DNA of 64,000 nucleotides from Camelus dromedarius (lineage: Eukaryota), in assembly GCF_036321535.1 (NCBI RefSeq), contig NC_087436.1, forward strand, positions 17,236,001 to 17,300,000, given 5' to 3'. Shown here piece by piece: positions 23,674 to 37,115 of this stretch; positions within the stretch are counted from its first letter, which is position 1; each line of letters opens with the position of its first letter. A program made the translations under genes and the position numbers. Below the pieces are notes generated by a model. That model searched no databases. It was not told the origin of the DNA and saw nothing but the letters and a program-made list of their open reading frames with translations.

Positions 23674-25834
23674 TAAGAGTGCTTGATCCAATGGTGAATA
23701 AAATAGACAAGGTCTGAGTCCCATGCAGTTGATATGAAACAGAGTAATTACAAATTATGGTGAGTCAGTTCTATGAAGAAACCAAAAAAGGAAACGAATT
23801 AGAAGGTAATGGAAAGGAATGATTTTGGATAGAGCTTTTCATTGACAAATTAAGTGGGAAATACCATGTGACATGTTTTTCTGATGTAAATAAATACATT
23901 CATTTAAAGTTCAGGAACAAATCATCAAAATACGAAGATAGCACATGACTATTATTTAATTAAGTAGTAGAGAAAAGTTTATCACAATTCTGTGAAGTCA
24001 TCTTGATTCATCAAATAACAGTTCCAAAGTTCAAGGCAAAGACTAGCCTTGATGGTGCTATCAGTAACCAGCAATAGCAGATTTGGACTGTCTCATTTTA
24101 GTCATCTCACCAAGTGAGGCATATTCCCCTGCAAGTCATGCCAGTTAGCACCAGGTCAAGAAGGTTGAACTGCTCTGGGAAGGAATTCCAAGAATGGCAC
24201 ACCCAAGGACTAGGATCTGAGATGTTCAGCAGAGAAGCTCTACTGCAGAAGAGCCAAGCCACCAGTCTCTACTTCTTAGTCAAGGACTCCGAAGGGTGTG
24301 TGTGTGTGTGGATAAGTCACTGAAACCATACTCTGCAAGTATAATCTGAAGACAGCGAAAACCGGACACAATTTAGAAAAGACAGTGTTTCCTGGGTGGA
24401 GCCAAAACTATTTTAGCGAAACAGTCATTTATAAATAAATGCATTGTATTCTCCATGATTAATTTCTCTAACTAAGTACTAAATATGAAGCACAAAATAT
24501 GTCTTTTCTTGCTAAGGACCAACTTTTATAAAGCTGTATAAGGTCAATTTTGGAAGACAAACTGAATTTGCTCTAGACCTTTGTACACTCATGCGAAAAA
24601 CACGACCAGAATGTCTGCAGTCGCTTGAATGTATACCACCTCCCATGGCTTCTCCATAGATCCAGTGCAGCTCAGGTGATTGAAGGACTATTTGTTAAGA
24701 ATGCATCTAGCCCACATTTTTTTAGATATAAGGTTTAACCAGTAGAGGAGCTAAATGACCCTTTATTGCCACCCAGCTCTTATCACCTCTCCTAGAAATC
24801 AGCAGTGTAAATATTCCACCCTGTGTCAACTAACACAGAAACTGGTAGAGCTGGGTTGCTGGAAACTTGGCATGGGATGTAAATTCACAAGACTCCATCA
24901 AGCTCCTCTATTATTTATACTGTAAGATTTGTAGTCTATCTGTAAAGTAACAGGTGTAGCCCCTGTGGGTCAACAACCAGCTGAATTATGCATGGGGACA
25001 GGAAAGCAATGCCATAGAAACCAGTTTGGTATTGTTCCTTCTGGGAAATAACTTTTCCTATAATGGCCGCCTGAAAATTCTTCCTTAGCAGCGGTCTGCA
25101 CGCTGTGTGGTCATGTGTGATGGTTAAGGTCACTTCCTTTGTGCTTGACAGATCGAGAGATTAATGCTAGTATCACCTTCTACTATTTACTGCTTTTTAA
25201 AATTTTGGTGAAGGCATTTTAATCTCAGTTAAACTAAGTCTCAGTTTTATTATCTGAAGAATAAGGAAAGTGATACCTATTTACCATAATTAATTTTCAG
25301 TTGGCAGAGCACTGATAACCGGATTCCATGATTACTTAACATGTATGAAGGTCTTAATTATTTGATAGAAAGGACAGGAATGGAAAGGAGGTTATTTTTG
25401 CTTGATAATTACTAAGATCAAAACTATGTGACTCCAGGATCGGGCATACATTCTAACTAGTCACCGTCATTACGTTTTAATTTACAATAGATGCCAGATA
25501 TCATCCACAGTAATAACGGAGAATGTGGTTACGTGAGGAGAAGAGAAAAGGAGCAAGAACATGGCACTCTGGAGTTCCTTTACGAATTCAGACTCCTGAC
25601 TGTACAACCTGTTATTGAATATTACCACTTGTGCAACAAAATACTTACCTGACCATCGCTTATTGACAGTTACGTATTATAATCCACTGTATGTAAGAAA
25701 TCTCATATGTAAGGACACAGATGAAGGGTAAGGAAGGCTAAGTCACTTGACTCGGATTTCCAGTTAGTAACTGAGGAAAGCATGTTGATCTACTGATGAT
25801 ACTCGGCCGTCACAAAACATGGAAATGCACAAGG

Positions 25835-26065
25835 ATTAGCATTAATATTTACTGAGCGTTTAGTCTGGGCCAGTTGCGCTGCTAAATATGCCTTCTGTAT
25901 AACCTCCTTATTTAATTCTTACAGTAAACCTAAGAGGTAGGCACTAATGTTATTTTGGTTTTTCAGACAGAGAAAACTGAGGTTAACTCAGTAGTGCGAG
26001 GCCGCACAGGGAACAAGTGATAAAACCAGATCTCTCTGACTCCAAAGCTCAGAATTCTGTGGCTC
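25835..26065 (-). mobile_element. MIR SINE
   Basis: taatatttactgagcg...tttaattcttacagtaaccctaagaggtagg-like...cagagaaaactgagg. Confidence 0.8.
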
Positions 26066-27871
26066 TTTAAAACTGTCTTGTATAAACTGGACAAGATTAT
26101 TTGCTTCTCTGTAAACAACCAGATGAACATTTTTGTTATGGTGCCCAAAGCAATTGAGACAATGACATCTGAGAGAGATGAATGCCTACCTTCTTCCAAT
26201 AAAAGTGTTTCTTTTAAAAATAATGGAATGAAATTTCCATAAATCTTGTCAGCTCTGTTTTGAAATTTTCTTACTGTGACTCATAAGCACAAAAACCAAA
26301 GCTGCCGTGAAAGATGGGGAATCTAAACAAGTTAGGAAAAAATTACTTTTTTTGAGTCTCAACAGAACTGTCAATTCACTTTTTTCTTGTGACCTTGATT
26401 TCCCTAAAACATAAACATCCCATTTATGTCTGTGTGGGTGGTATTGCAGAAGGTGAGTCATGTTCTTTATAAAAGAAGTTCATTTTTCCCACAAAATGAC
26501 AAATTATCTCATTCTTAGAATTCTGAGGAGGGCCCAGATGATAAGTCATAATCTCATTGCTCTTTGAGTTTGAAGACATTACATATTTCTTACAGAGCTT
26601 ATGTTGATAGTTAAGATTTAAAGAGCAGAGTTCCAAAGCACCGAGTCTGCCCTGACTTCACGCTGGTGAGATCCTGCCCATCACCACGTTAAGATGAGTC
26701 TTACAGACTGGGAGAGGGAAGGCCCCAGACCTCTGGCTTGTTGGTGTGCTCGCTTCCTGTGTGTTTGTTTACTGGAGACTAAATGCCAAGAAGTCAATTA
26801 TTTCCCTTCCCAAAAACAGTCTTGATGAGGACAGGATAAATAGCCTCTTCCATTGTGCAGAAAGATGGTAAAAATCCTGTAGCGATTTAGAAAAAAAACC
26901 TTGAGCTGAGGAATCTAAATGCAAATGCTGAACATGAAAAAAAGAAGAGGAAGGAGGAGGGGGAGGGTCAGGAGGAGGGAGCCCTCAGAGAGGAAGAAGT
27001 GGCACAAGACAAAGGGGAAAGGATGAAGAAAATGAGACTACGAGGTGCTTCGGGAAGGGAAGTGAGTCTTGGTAGCCTTAAAAGATCTGCTGTTGCGTGA
27101 TGCCTGAGCACTCCTGCAAAAAACGAAGACAGAAACATAGAGGGAAGTGAGCGCCACAGGTGTCACAAAGGTGGCAGGGGACTCCTGAGGAGCTCAGGAG
27201 AAACTAGCTGAACACGAACTGTAGCCAGGAGAGGCTATACACAGTCATCCGCTCCTGTGTGCCTGATTTGACAGGCAAAATTTAAGTCTGCCTTATAATC
27301 ATTTATGTTGAAATTAAATCACTAAACCCTGAAAAGAGAACAGTCGGAAACCGCATTTGTTTTAACCAAAGGAAACGTGATATAAGAGAAATAATTAATC
27401 AAGAAGGAAACAAATAATTAACTATTGATGGAAGGAGCGCTACATAATGGGCAGGAATCTCTTATTCAATCAAGAAAATAATCTTTTCCTCTTAAAGCCA
27501 GAGCAATCTATAGTCTCTACTGATAAAATTATCATATGCGTATTACAGAAGACTTTTTGTTTTAATTCTTGCGACGTGGTTTGCGAAAGACATTAAGAGA
27601 AGACATTCCAATTAGGGAAGAGACATTTCCCAAAGCTCCTGTGTTTGCTCATATCTCACAAAAAATAGAACGTTAAAAATACAAATGGATAAGTCATAGC
27701 TGAAACCGATCATTAAACAATTTCAGGCAATGAACTGTGCAATCAGCACCTTTGTTACCAGAAAGCTAGTAGGAGTGGACTAAGGAGAATAAAAATAGGA
27801 TACTTAGAAAGAAATGTATTTCAATGCTGAATTAAAACTGATTGACATTGTATATCACCGTGACTGTGGTG

Positions 27872-28264
27872 ATACTGTTTTCGCCCAGATTGCCAGAACA
27901 CCCTACCACATCCTGAGCTGCTTAAACGACAGAGATCTGCTTCATCACAGCTCTGGAGGCTAAACGTTCATGCTCAGGGAGCTGGGATATGGTCGGGTTT
28001 TGCTGAGGGCTCTCCTTTTGACTTATAGACAGCTGCCTTCTTCCTGTGTCCTGACGTGGCCTTTCCTTGGTGTGTGAGTGCAGAGGGAGAAAGATTCTCT
28101 TTCTTCCTTTTCTTCTAAGAACAGAAATTCCATTGTGAAGATCCTACCCCATGACCTACTCTAACCCTAATTACCTCTCAGAGCCTCCGTCACCAAACAT
28201 CACATTGGCGGTCAGGTGTTTAACATACTAACTTTGGGGGGATGCAGATGTTCGGTCCATAATG
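27872..28264 (-). mobile_element. MaLR solo LTR (MLT1A-like)
   Basis: tcacagctctggaggct...gagggctctcc...ccttcttcctgtgtcct...ctaaccctaattacctc...ttcggtccataa. Confidence 0.8.
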
Positions 28265-28299
28265 TATATGCATATGTATAATCACCCAATAAAAGCAAA

Positions 28300-28810
28300 A
28301 GCTCTTTCAATGGTTCTATAATTCCCTACATTTCTCCACTACCTGCTTCTATTCCCGATACTTCTTGTCCTTCCATTCAACACCTGGCCTGCTCTGTCTC
28401 GGCCACAACGATGTCTGGGAGCCTCTGAACACACTTAGATTGTTTTCATCTCACGGTGCTTACACTTGGCTCTTCTCCCAACTTGAACTCGTCTCCCAGG
28501 AAGTTGCCTGATTCACCTCCACTTCTTGAAAACCTCTGCTCAAATGTTACCAGATCAGAGAGGTCTCCCTGAGCCTCCTTGTGGAACAAACAGCAAGCTT
28601 GCCTGCCCACCCTCACCCTACTTTGGCATGGTATCCCCCAATCTACTTCACTTTTTTCCTATTCTGCTCAAAATCTGAGAAAGATATATTTCCTTACTGT
28701 CTCATCAGAGACCGATGTGTTTGTCCACCTCTACATCCCGTCTAGTCTGATACTGGCACATAGTGGCACTCAGGAAATCATGGCTGAAGTACTGTTAAAT
28801 GAATAAACTA
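28300..28810 (+). mobile_element. L2 LINE 3' fragment
   Basis: ctctgctcaaatgttacc...ctggcacatagtggcactcag...gttaaatgaataaa. Confidence 0.75.
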
Positions 28811-28835
28811 TGTACTATGTATATTTCACTAACAT

Positions 28836-29045
28836 CAGTTGACCGTCGAACCATGCAGGAGGCAGGGGCGCTGACTACCTGAGCAGTCGAAAATCCCCTG
28901 TAACTTTTGAGTCCACCTCCATATCTTGCTACTGCACATCTGTGCAGTCAACCAAGCCCCAAACATGCAGTGCTGGAGAGAGTGTTTATTGGAAAAAGTT
29001 CGTGAATGTGCACAGTTCAAGCCCGTGCTATTCAAGGGTCAACTG
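28836..29045. mobile_element. MER8-like Tigger MITE
   Basis: Terminal inverted repeats cagttgaccgtcgaa and ttcaagggtcaactg followed by TA; internal gcagtcgaaaatcc. Confidence 0.85.
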
Positions 29046-29540
29046 TATTGTTACATAAAGTCCCTGGATTTTTTCTTGCAAACATACCACTCTGCTCTGG
29101 GGACAAAGTTTCAGGCAGAAGTCTTTTTCCCACATGCTGATCCTTGTAACTATAGCAGGAAGCCCAGGCGAATCAGAGTTTTGTAAGGAAATTGTTGTCT
29201 ATATGGGCTGTACCCCTTTTGGGGCAACAGATTCTTAAACATGTTTGTTATTTAAAGTTGAACATACCATAGAGTGAACAAGAACTATGCTCATACTTGA
29301 AGTATCTTTTAATTCAAAATTGAGTAAGGGCTGCCAAGAGAATTACTGGGAACACCTAAACCTATACAATGAAGTGAGAATTCTCTACACATGCTTTATT
29401 AAAGAGGTAATAAAATATAGAAAACCATAAATAATACAAAATGGAGTACTGATTAAAAAAAAAACTTTCAATTCCTCTTCCCAAAGGAACTACAGAAATT
29501 CAGCTGGCTCTGGTTAGGTAAATAGTACTTTTCTGATTCT

Positions 29541-30120
29541 ATTCTGATTATCCATTGCTGTATAACTCCTGCCCCCAGACCCCAAAACTTAGTGGCTTAA
29601 AACAACCACCACTTATTTAGCACAGAGTCTGCAATCTGGGCAGAATTTGGTGGGAAAAGGCTTATCTCCGTTCCATGTGGCATTAGCTCAACTGGACATG
29701 GGATGGTTCAATCAGAATGACACTCACACGGCTGGCGACTTGACACTGGCCGTTAACCAGAGCTCAATGGGGGCTGGTGGCCGAAGGCTTCGGCTCCTCT
29801 CTGTTTGCATCCTCTCTGTGGGCCTTTCCAAAGGCTTCTTTTTGGCCTCCTCATGTCAAGATGTCTGGGTTTACAGAGCAAGTGTCCCGAGAGAATACGG
29901 TAGAAGAACAAGGGAGTTGTGGCCCCTAGCCTGGTAAGCCACACAGCCTTACTTCTGCTGTGTTCTACTGAGCAAGGCACTCACGATGCTCTGCCTGGGT
30001 CCATGGGGAGGAGACAGGGATCCTACCCGTTGATCGAAGGGTTGTCATTGTCATTGCAAATGGAGCATGGGGGACAGATTCTTCTGTGGGGTTCATCTTT
30101 GGAAAGTACAATCTACCTTA
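29541..30120 (-). mobile_element. MaLR solo LTR (MLT1F/G-like)
   Basis: cccaaaacttagtggcttaaaacaac...ctgcaatctgggcag...catctttggaaagtacaatct. Confidence 0.75.
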
Positions 30121-32989
30121 GGACATGTCCTGATTTTCTTGTATTATCCAAGCTCTTGCTCAGTGTTGGCTACACCACTCTTTCCCCACCGCTGTCTGCT
30201 CTGGGTTGGTACTTACTTGAATCTCAGCCCTTACAGACAGTCCTTCCCTGCTTGTGCGCTAAGCTTTTATCAACAGCATTCCTGAGCTGTTTGTTTTCTA
30301 TAAATAACTGGCAAGATTTTGCACATTAATTACTTACCACTTCAAGAGTTGCTTATTTCTTTTCGGTGACCCTGAAGTTCTACGTGAACTTTCCCGTCTT
30401 TCAGCGTTCTGTGTACTTTGGCTACCTGCTTCTGGGTCCTGTATTTTCTTGCCTATTATAGCAATAAAGAAGGTCTTATCCTTCTCTTACTTTGATGGAA
30501 AAATAAAGCAAAAATATTAGTTATTTGCTGACTAAAGCTTGAGAAGAAAATGAATGTTTCCCTTAATTGGGCAGAAATGTGGGTGACAGGACAGTGTCTG
30601 TGAAAATCTATTAACTTGCTTTTACTCAAGTAGTTACAAATACCCACACAGGGCGGTTTCCTTTATTAGCAGATTGAGTACCACAACCTCTTCTCTAAAT
30701 TGAACCTGAAGAGATTGGCCCAGCAGCCACCCAGCAGTGCCAAGGCCCATCCACTTCCAGCACCTTCGTGATGTTTTCCATGGAGCTAAGCCAACCCCTG
30801 GAGTCCTTGTCAAACTTTGGAGGATCCTGGAAAACTGGGATGGAGCAGCATTGCCATCTTCCTCCAGGGTGCGCTAGACCACTATTCCTTTAAGGGCTGC
30901 TGTTGTGGGTGTTTCTGTTACAGAAAGCTCAAGACCACACCCCAGGTCCATGCAGACATCCAAACTTCAGGAGCACATCTACGCATCCTCATAGTGGAAG
31001 AGGAGGACTGAAGAGGACAACAGTCTATGCTTGCTCCAGACTCCCAGATGCTCTCCCAGAATCCCCTCTCTCCAATAGTGCTCAGCATTAATGATGGCAC
31101 AGGAGGGGACGTGTGGGTCCTGCAGCTGGGCACACCGCCTGCTGAGAGTCGTGTTGCCAGGCTCCCCTTGCAAGTGCCGTCAATCCTTATGTGATCCTCT
31201 TGGAGTTCTCCCACTGAGCTTTAGAAAGGGAAAAGCAGTACTTTCTTCCCTTACCCAAAGTCCGCTCTCTTCACAAGGCTTACCACCTCTTTCCTTACTC
31301 AACCCTCCTCTTAACTCTGATTGGGATAGTGCTAGAGAGCGGGGAGAGCTGGTGGCTAGACATTTTCTGAACTGGCTCTTTTCACTAATAACTGGTAGGA
31401 AGGTGGTGGACTTTCTCAGCTTAGGACCTGAGATATATTTGTTCTTGGCTTTGTATCTTAGCAAAAATTCTGGAACCTGAATTTACTATTTAACACCCTA
31501 TTAAATATATTATAAAGTTTGGCACTCTGCTACTACTAATCTGCACATTTTCTGTGAAGAATTTGGGGTACAAAAAAGATACCAGGAAGCCTCAGGCAAC
31601 CTGAATCTTTAATACACAATTGCAAACCTCACATCCATAAAAGGGGATTGTCTCACCTAATTCCATGAACGAACGTTTTGTCGTGGTTTCACATGCTCCC
31701 CCTGAAATGGACACATCTTCATTCGAAGTGTTTCTCCTTCTCATCCCTGCAGATGACTCCTGCACAAAAATTAAACAAAAAGAAAAAAAAGTTGTACTTC
31801 AGAGAGAGTAGGAAATACCTCTCTGAGATTCACCCAGAATCTACCAACTCTCTTCTTTGCAGTCGCCAGCTTCACAATGCTTCGTTCTCATATTTTTTTT
31901 CCACATAAAAACTTAAAAAGGAAGGGTCATAAGAAGTTACAGTGTTCATAACACTCCCCTAGCAACAGACCCAGTGAATCTTTACTACGGCATTTCTCTC
32001 GTGTGGCGTAAATGTGGGCACAGACATAAATTTATGGATAAAGACATAAATGTAGACATCCAAAAAAAAAAACCACGAAGCCCATTGTTGTATAAACTCC
32101 TTATAGTTCGTCTTGTAACATTGATTTGCCACAAAAATCCCTTCCGTGTTTTTCAGGGAGAACTAACCGAATGAGTTGAATTCATCCAACATTTGGCTGA
32201 GACCAGGCAGTCTTGGATTTGAATTCTGCTCTGCCCCACAGCTTTCCCTACCCAGTGAAGAAGCAGATAATGGCAAAGTGGCTTGCCTGGAGGTGGTTGT
32301 GAGAAGTACCAATCTCACTCTGATGTGCTCTCCGTGAAAGTGTGTTGGGGACGTAGAAGATGCGATTCATTTACTCAGCAAATAATGATCAGGTGCCTTG
32401 TAAACACCAGGCACACGGTGAGGGTTGAGGCAGCGGCAGTGAGCAAATAAGACAAAAATCTCTGGTCTCAGGAGAGCACATTCTCATGGGATGAGGCAAA
32501 TAAGAAATGAATTAAAGAGGTAAAATGTTCAATGTGTTCAATAGGAACCATGAGACCTTCAGCAATCAATCACTTGATGACCGTGGGGCTGTTGTGAATG
32601 CTTTTGCGACTTAATTTTCTCCTCCGTGGAAGAGAGATTGTGGGGATGATCTCTAGGTGGCCTTCAGCTTTTGGCACTGACATCTGGTGAGTGTTTTCTT
32701 TAACTCTTCTGGCTTCAGTTTGCTTTTTCATTTCAAATCAGGATGGCCTCCACATAGGCAACACTCCAGCTCCGCTCACTAAGGGAGGCAGAAATTGAGG
32801 TCAGGAGACTGGTGTCTGGGCAACTGGATGTGATTCATAAATTTGCAGTGATTGCTTTTAATCTACTACTTTTTGTCCTAAAACTCAGACCTGAATAATC
32901 AAGCAACTATATATTAACTTTACCCAACAGACTTTGGGCCACCTGTCTGTTTCCTGCTTTTCTCGCCAAGCATCCCTCCTGGGAAGAGC

Positions 32990-33900
32990 TGATTGGAAAC
33001 ACAGCAGGATAAAACTCATTTCTCCCCTTTCTTTGTTCCATCTGTCTCTCTTCTCATCTGGGAGATCTCTTGTTCACTTCCCCACTGCTTCTCACGTTCA
33101 AGGCTGAATTCTCCACCTGTGCTCTTGATCCACGGCTTCTCAGCTTCGTCCAGATGTTGCTGTCATGGTAAGTCCCACTCTTCCCTATCTTTCCAACAGT
33201 TTGGACCTCTCCCCCTACTGACTCTTACACAAGCTGCAAATATCCCTGTGCCTTTTCCACTGAAAACCCTTCATTCCCTCTGGCTAGTGCTCTAACACAC
33301 ACTCTCCTTCCCTGACCAAGCTTCTCTGAAAAACAGGATGCATTTCCCCTACCCTCTTACTCATCTCCTATTGACTTTTCAAAGCACAGTGCAAGTTTCT
33401 AACTATAACTGCGTTTGAAACTGGTTTCGTCAAGGTCTTTCACGATATACCAAGTGTTTTTACTACTCTCTGCAGCACATGACATTATTGGCCATGACGG
33501 ACTGGAGGTTCACCCCTCACTCATGTCTGAGACATTCCTCTCTCATCTACAGTCACTTGGATGTTCTCAGTCTTCTTTTCTGGCTCCTTTCTCCTTAACC
33601 TCAGGACCGTTTCTTCGTAACTTCCCTCTTTTCACTTTAAATCCACTCGCTCAGTTTCCACTGCTACCTTCATAACTCTCAACTTTCCAGATCCAAACCT
33701 CTTTCTTTGAAATCTTTGCATCTGATGCATCCTGGATAGTTGTACAGATGACTACGTGGCATCAGCCTTGCTTTTGGTCTTCAATACAACCCACTCCCAA
33801 ATGAGCTCATTAAAGGTCCCTTCCCCCTCCCCTCTTCCCCCTTGACAAACTCAGTCTATTTTTCATGTTTCCTTTTACATTGAAGGGCTGCTATCTACTC
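32990..33900 (+). mobile_element. L2 LINE fragment including an RT remnant
   Basis: Pyrimidine-rich; ORF 33415-33675 contains LLLSAAHDIIGH, similar to L2 RT LDLSAAFDTVDH. Confidence 0.65.
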
Positions 33901-34839
33901 AAGATTATGCTTTTAATAGTTTCCACATAAATACCTATGAATTTAATTTATTTATTTTAACTACTAATTAAAGACTGAATTCAAATTCTGTCTCTATTAA
34001 GCTTTGTGACTTTGAATAAGTTATTTAATTAATATGAAAAATTAAACTTTTATAGTAGTATATGAAGTTTCTGTCTCATATATATTTATATATAGGTATA
34101 TATGTGTGTTCATACACACAACATGTATCTTTACCAACACTGTTCATTACCAGAACCTTTAATTTTTGTCAGTCTAATGGGTATGAAATAGAATAAAATT
34201 GCTATCTCAATTTAAATGCCCAACCAGCATTGGGTTTTGTGCTAGAAGAAAGAATACGTATTGGGCAAGTGCTTAGAAGAGTGCTTAGCATATAGTAAAG
34301 CCTTAATAAATGTCGTTTATAACTCTTGTTAGCATTATTATATAGCATTCTATTGTAACTGTAATATAAAATTTTATCCATTTGCTTATCAATGAATATT
34401 TAGTCTCTAACCTTTTGCTATGAAAAGCCTCACTCCAATGATTATGTTCTTCCATTCTTTTGGCCAATAATTGGTCTGAGAATGGGTACATGACCAATGC
34501 TGACCCAAGAAGCATGAACTTCTGATTTCCTCACCCCTTTTAGAAGCCACAGGGATATCAGGGCCTCCTTTCCTTTGGGACGTTATCTGTCTGGATGAGA
34601 TCCACAGAATAGCTGCAGCGTTCTTGCTGCCAAGAGAGGGAGAGTCTAGTCTGTGATACAAACTGAGATACTAAGAATGGCAGAAGCAGTATTGGAAAGA
34701 ACTGTGTCCTTGAAGACTTGTTGAGCAGTTATAAGTCTGGTTTTGGTCTAAACTCTGCACTCAGACTATAGTAGATGTTCATGTTAATTAAGCTAATTTG
34801 AAATAAGACTCTGTTGCCAAATGAATTTGAACTAAATTT

Positions 34840-35150
34840 GCTCCTCAGTACCTGCAGGGGATTGGTTTCAGGACCCCTGCGGGCAGCGAAGTCTGTGGAT
34901 GCTCAAGTCCTTTCTATAAATAAAATGGTGCAATATTTGCATACAATCGACACACATCCTCCTGGATACTTTGTCATCTCTTAAGATTTAGAAGATTCCT
35001 TATAATAACTAATACCATGTAAGCGCTGTCTAAGTAGTTGTAAATACAAACGCTCTGTGAACAGTTGCCAGTGCGTGGCAAAGTTTTGCTTTTTGCAACT
35101 CCCTGAAATTTTTTCCTGAAATTTTCGATCTGCATTTGGCTGGTTTTGAA
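34840..35150 (+). mobile_element. MER2/MER2B-like Tigger DNA transposon
   Basis: ggggattggtttcaggacccc...ggatgctcaagtcc...aaaatggtgcaatatttgcata...aagttttgctttttg. Confidence 0.85.
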
Positions 35151-35159
35151 TTTTATTAA

Positions 35160-36050
35160 ATGACTGCTGCATTTAACGATATGAGTTTTTTTCTTTACAC
35201 TGTCAAGTTGGTGTATTACATCAATGCATTTTCTAAGTTTAAATTGTCTTAATAGCCTCAGGATAAAGCGTACTGAGTCATGAGATTGTTTTTCCCGTGT
35301 ACACGTGTGCACGAACACACGCAGAAGTGCGAGTCAGTTTACTATGTCATACAGTATTTTGCACCTATTTCATAAATGATCATGGCTAATAAGTTTCCTG
35401 GCTCCATTTACTTGCAGAATCATTATCAAACTCACACTAGTTTCATAAAATTAGTTGAGGAGTTTTAATTTTTTCCTAAACTCTGAAAGAGTTTTATAAG
35501 AAAAGGGTAATCTATTTCTTGATAACTTGGTAAATCATGTCAATTGAAACACCTAGACCTGTTGTTTTTCTTGTATGTGGATTTTTCTATAATGATTGTA
35601 TCTTTTTAAATGCTATAAGCCCGTTTAGATTTTTTATTTACAATGAGTACATTTTATTAACTTACATATTTCTAGATAGCATTTTGTGATTTTAAATTCA
35701 TTATCATAAAGCTTCTCCTACTTTTAATAAGTTTTAAAAATCCTCAATATTATCTATACTTATGGTGTTCTTTTCAATACATCTATCCATCCATCCATCA
35801 ATCCATCCATTGCTTTTCTCTCTCTTTTTCTCTTTTTTTTTTTTTCCTGACCAATATTGGCAGAGTTTCATCTATGTTAATAGTATTTTTCTAGAACTGG
35901 GTGTTTATTTCATTGTCTTTCTATATTCTTTTTTTTTCTTGTTTGCTTCCTTTACATTCATTTTCCTCCATTCATTATTATTTTTTCCAATTTTCTTCCA
36001 TTTCACTCTGCTATTTTCTAAATCCTTGGTTGTAATTCAGATCATTAATG
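35160..36050 (-). mobile_element. Old L1M fragment
   Basis: T-rich; minus-strand translation CIDVIHQLDSVKKKTHI resembles L1 ORF2 SINVIHHINR..KNH. Confidence 0.6.
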
Positions 36051-36484
36051 TTTAATCTGTTAATTAATGTTTAATATGGTCAATTCTATATTAGTTAAGA
36101 GATGCTCTAGGCTAATATAATGAGAGGATCCAAAGTACATTTTAAGAAATATTTTGAATAGGAGTCCAGGCCTCTGGTGACGGCTTAAAAGCTTTGGGAC
36201 CTGAGATCTTTCCATTTTATTTGTCTCCTTTCCAGAGGTAACTGACCTCATATGCACAGGAGAAAGTTATTCAACAGCACAGAAGCATTCCAGCCCCAGA
36301 TCCCAACATCACTTTCATTCCCTTATATCCCATTTTCTGAACCAAGGACAAAAGAACCATACTCTCATCTGTTCTGTTGGCTGGCTTGCATAGATTGCCG
36401 CCCACGCCCTCACCGTGCACAGATGTGCACACATGATTATATGTCATTTAAGAAATGAAATAACACATCATTGTATATACATCT

Positions 36485-36680
36485 TCATCTTTGGGTCTAG
36501 GTTCAAATCCTGGCTCCAACACTTCAAACCATAGCATCCAGCAAGTCGTTTACACTTTCTGATACCTAATGTTCTCTGGAAAATGAGGGTAATAAAACAC
36601 GACTTACGAGGCTGTTGAAAGCCTTCGAGGAAGTGGAGTGTGTGCAGTTCTGTGTAGTAGCATTCAGTAAAACACACCTC
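36485..36680 (+). mobile_element. MIR SINE
   Basis: ggttcaaatcctggctcc...ctggaaaatgagggtaataa. Confidence 0.75.
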
Positions 36681-37060
36681 TGCACACTTACAGGAAACGC
36701 CTCAGTAAAGGAGGGATCATCAAGTGTAAGTCCCAAAAGTTCATCAGAAAATGTACTGTGATTTTCTTGTTATGTTTCTGCTTTGGGGACAAAGAGCATT
36801 GCTTTTTAAAAGTGACAATTCTCTAATCATGGGAAAGGGAGATAAATATTTTGTTTTCCTCCAGGGAGAAAAAGAGATGCAGGAAACACTTGATGGAATT
36901 TTCTTCAATGCTACAAAGTTGGAGGCTATAAATCTAAAACACAAGTTGAATTACTGTTGACTTTATATTTCCTCAGGGTGCTTTTGATCACATTATTAAA
37001 CTGTATCACCTTCATTGACCTAATTTTATCACGGAGTCCAAAGGATTAAAGCACTACTTT

Positions 37061-37115
37061 AAAAAATAAAATAAAATAAAATAAAATAAAATAAAATAAA
37101 ATAAAATAAAATAAA
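37061..37115. repeat. (AAAAT)n pentanucleotide repeat
   Basis: Direct reading. Confidence 0.95.

Noticed and set aside
29647..30329. ORFs up to 136 aa
   Set aside because: They lie mostly within an MLT1 LTR and show no protein features.
30817..31480. Cluster of overlapping ORFs and an acceptor-like ttacag
   Set aside because: No recognisable protein or consistent exon boundaries; explained by locally higher GC.
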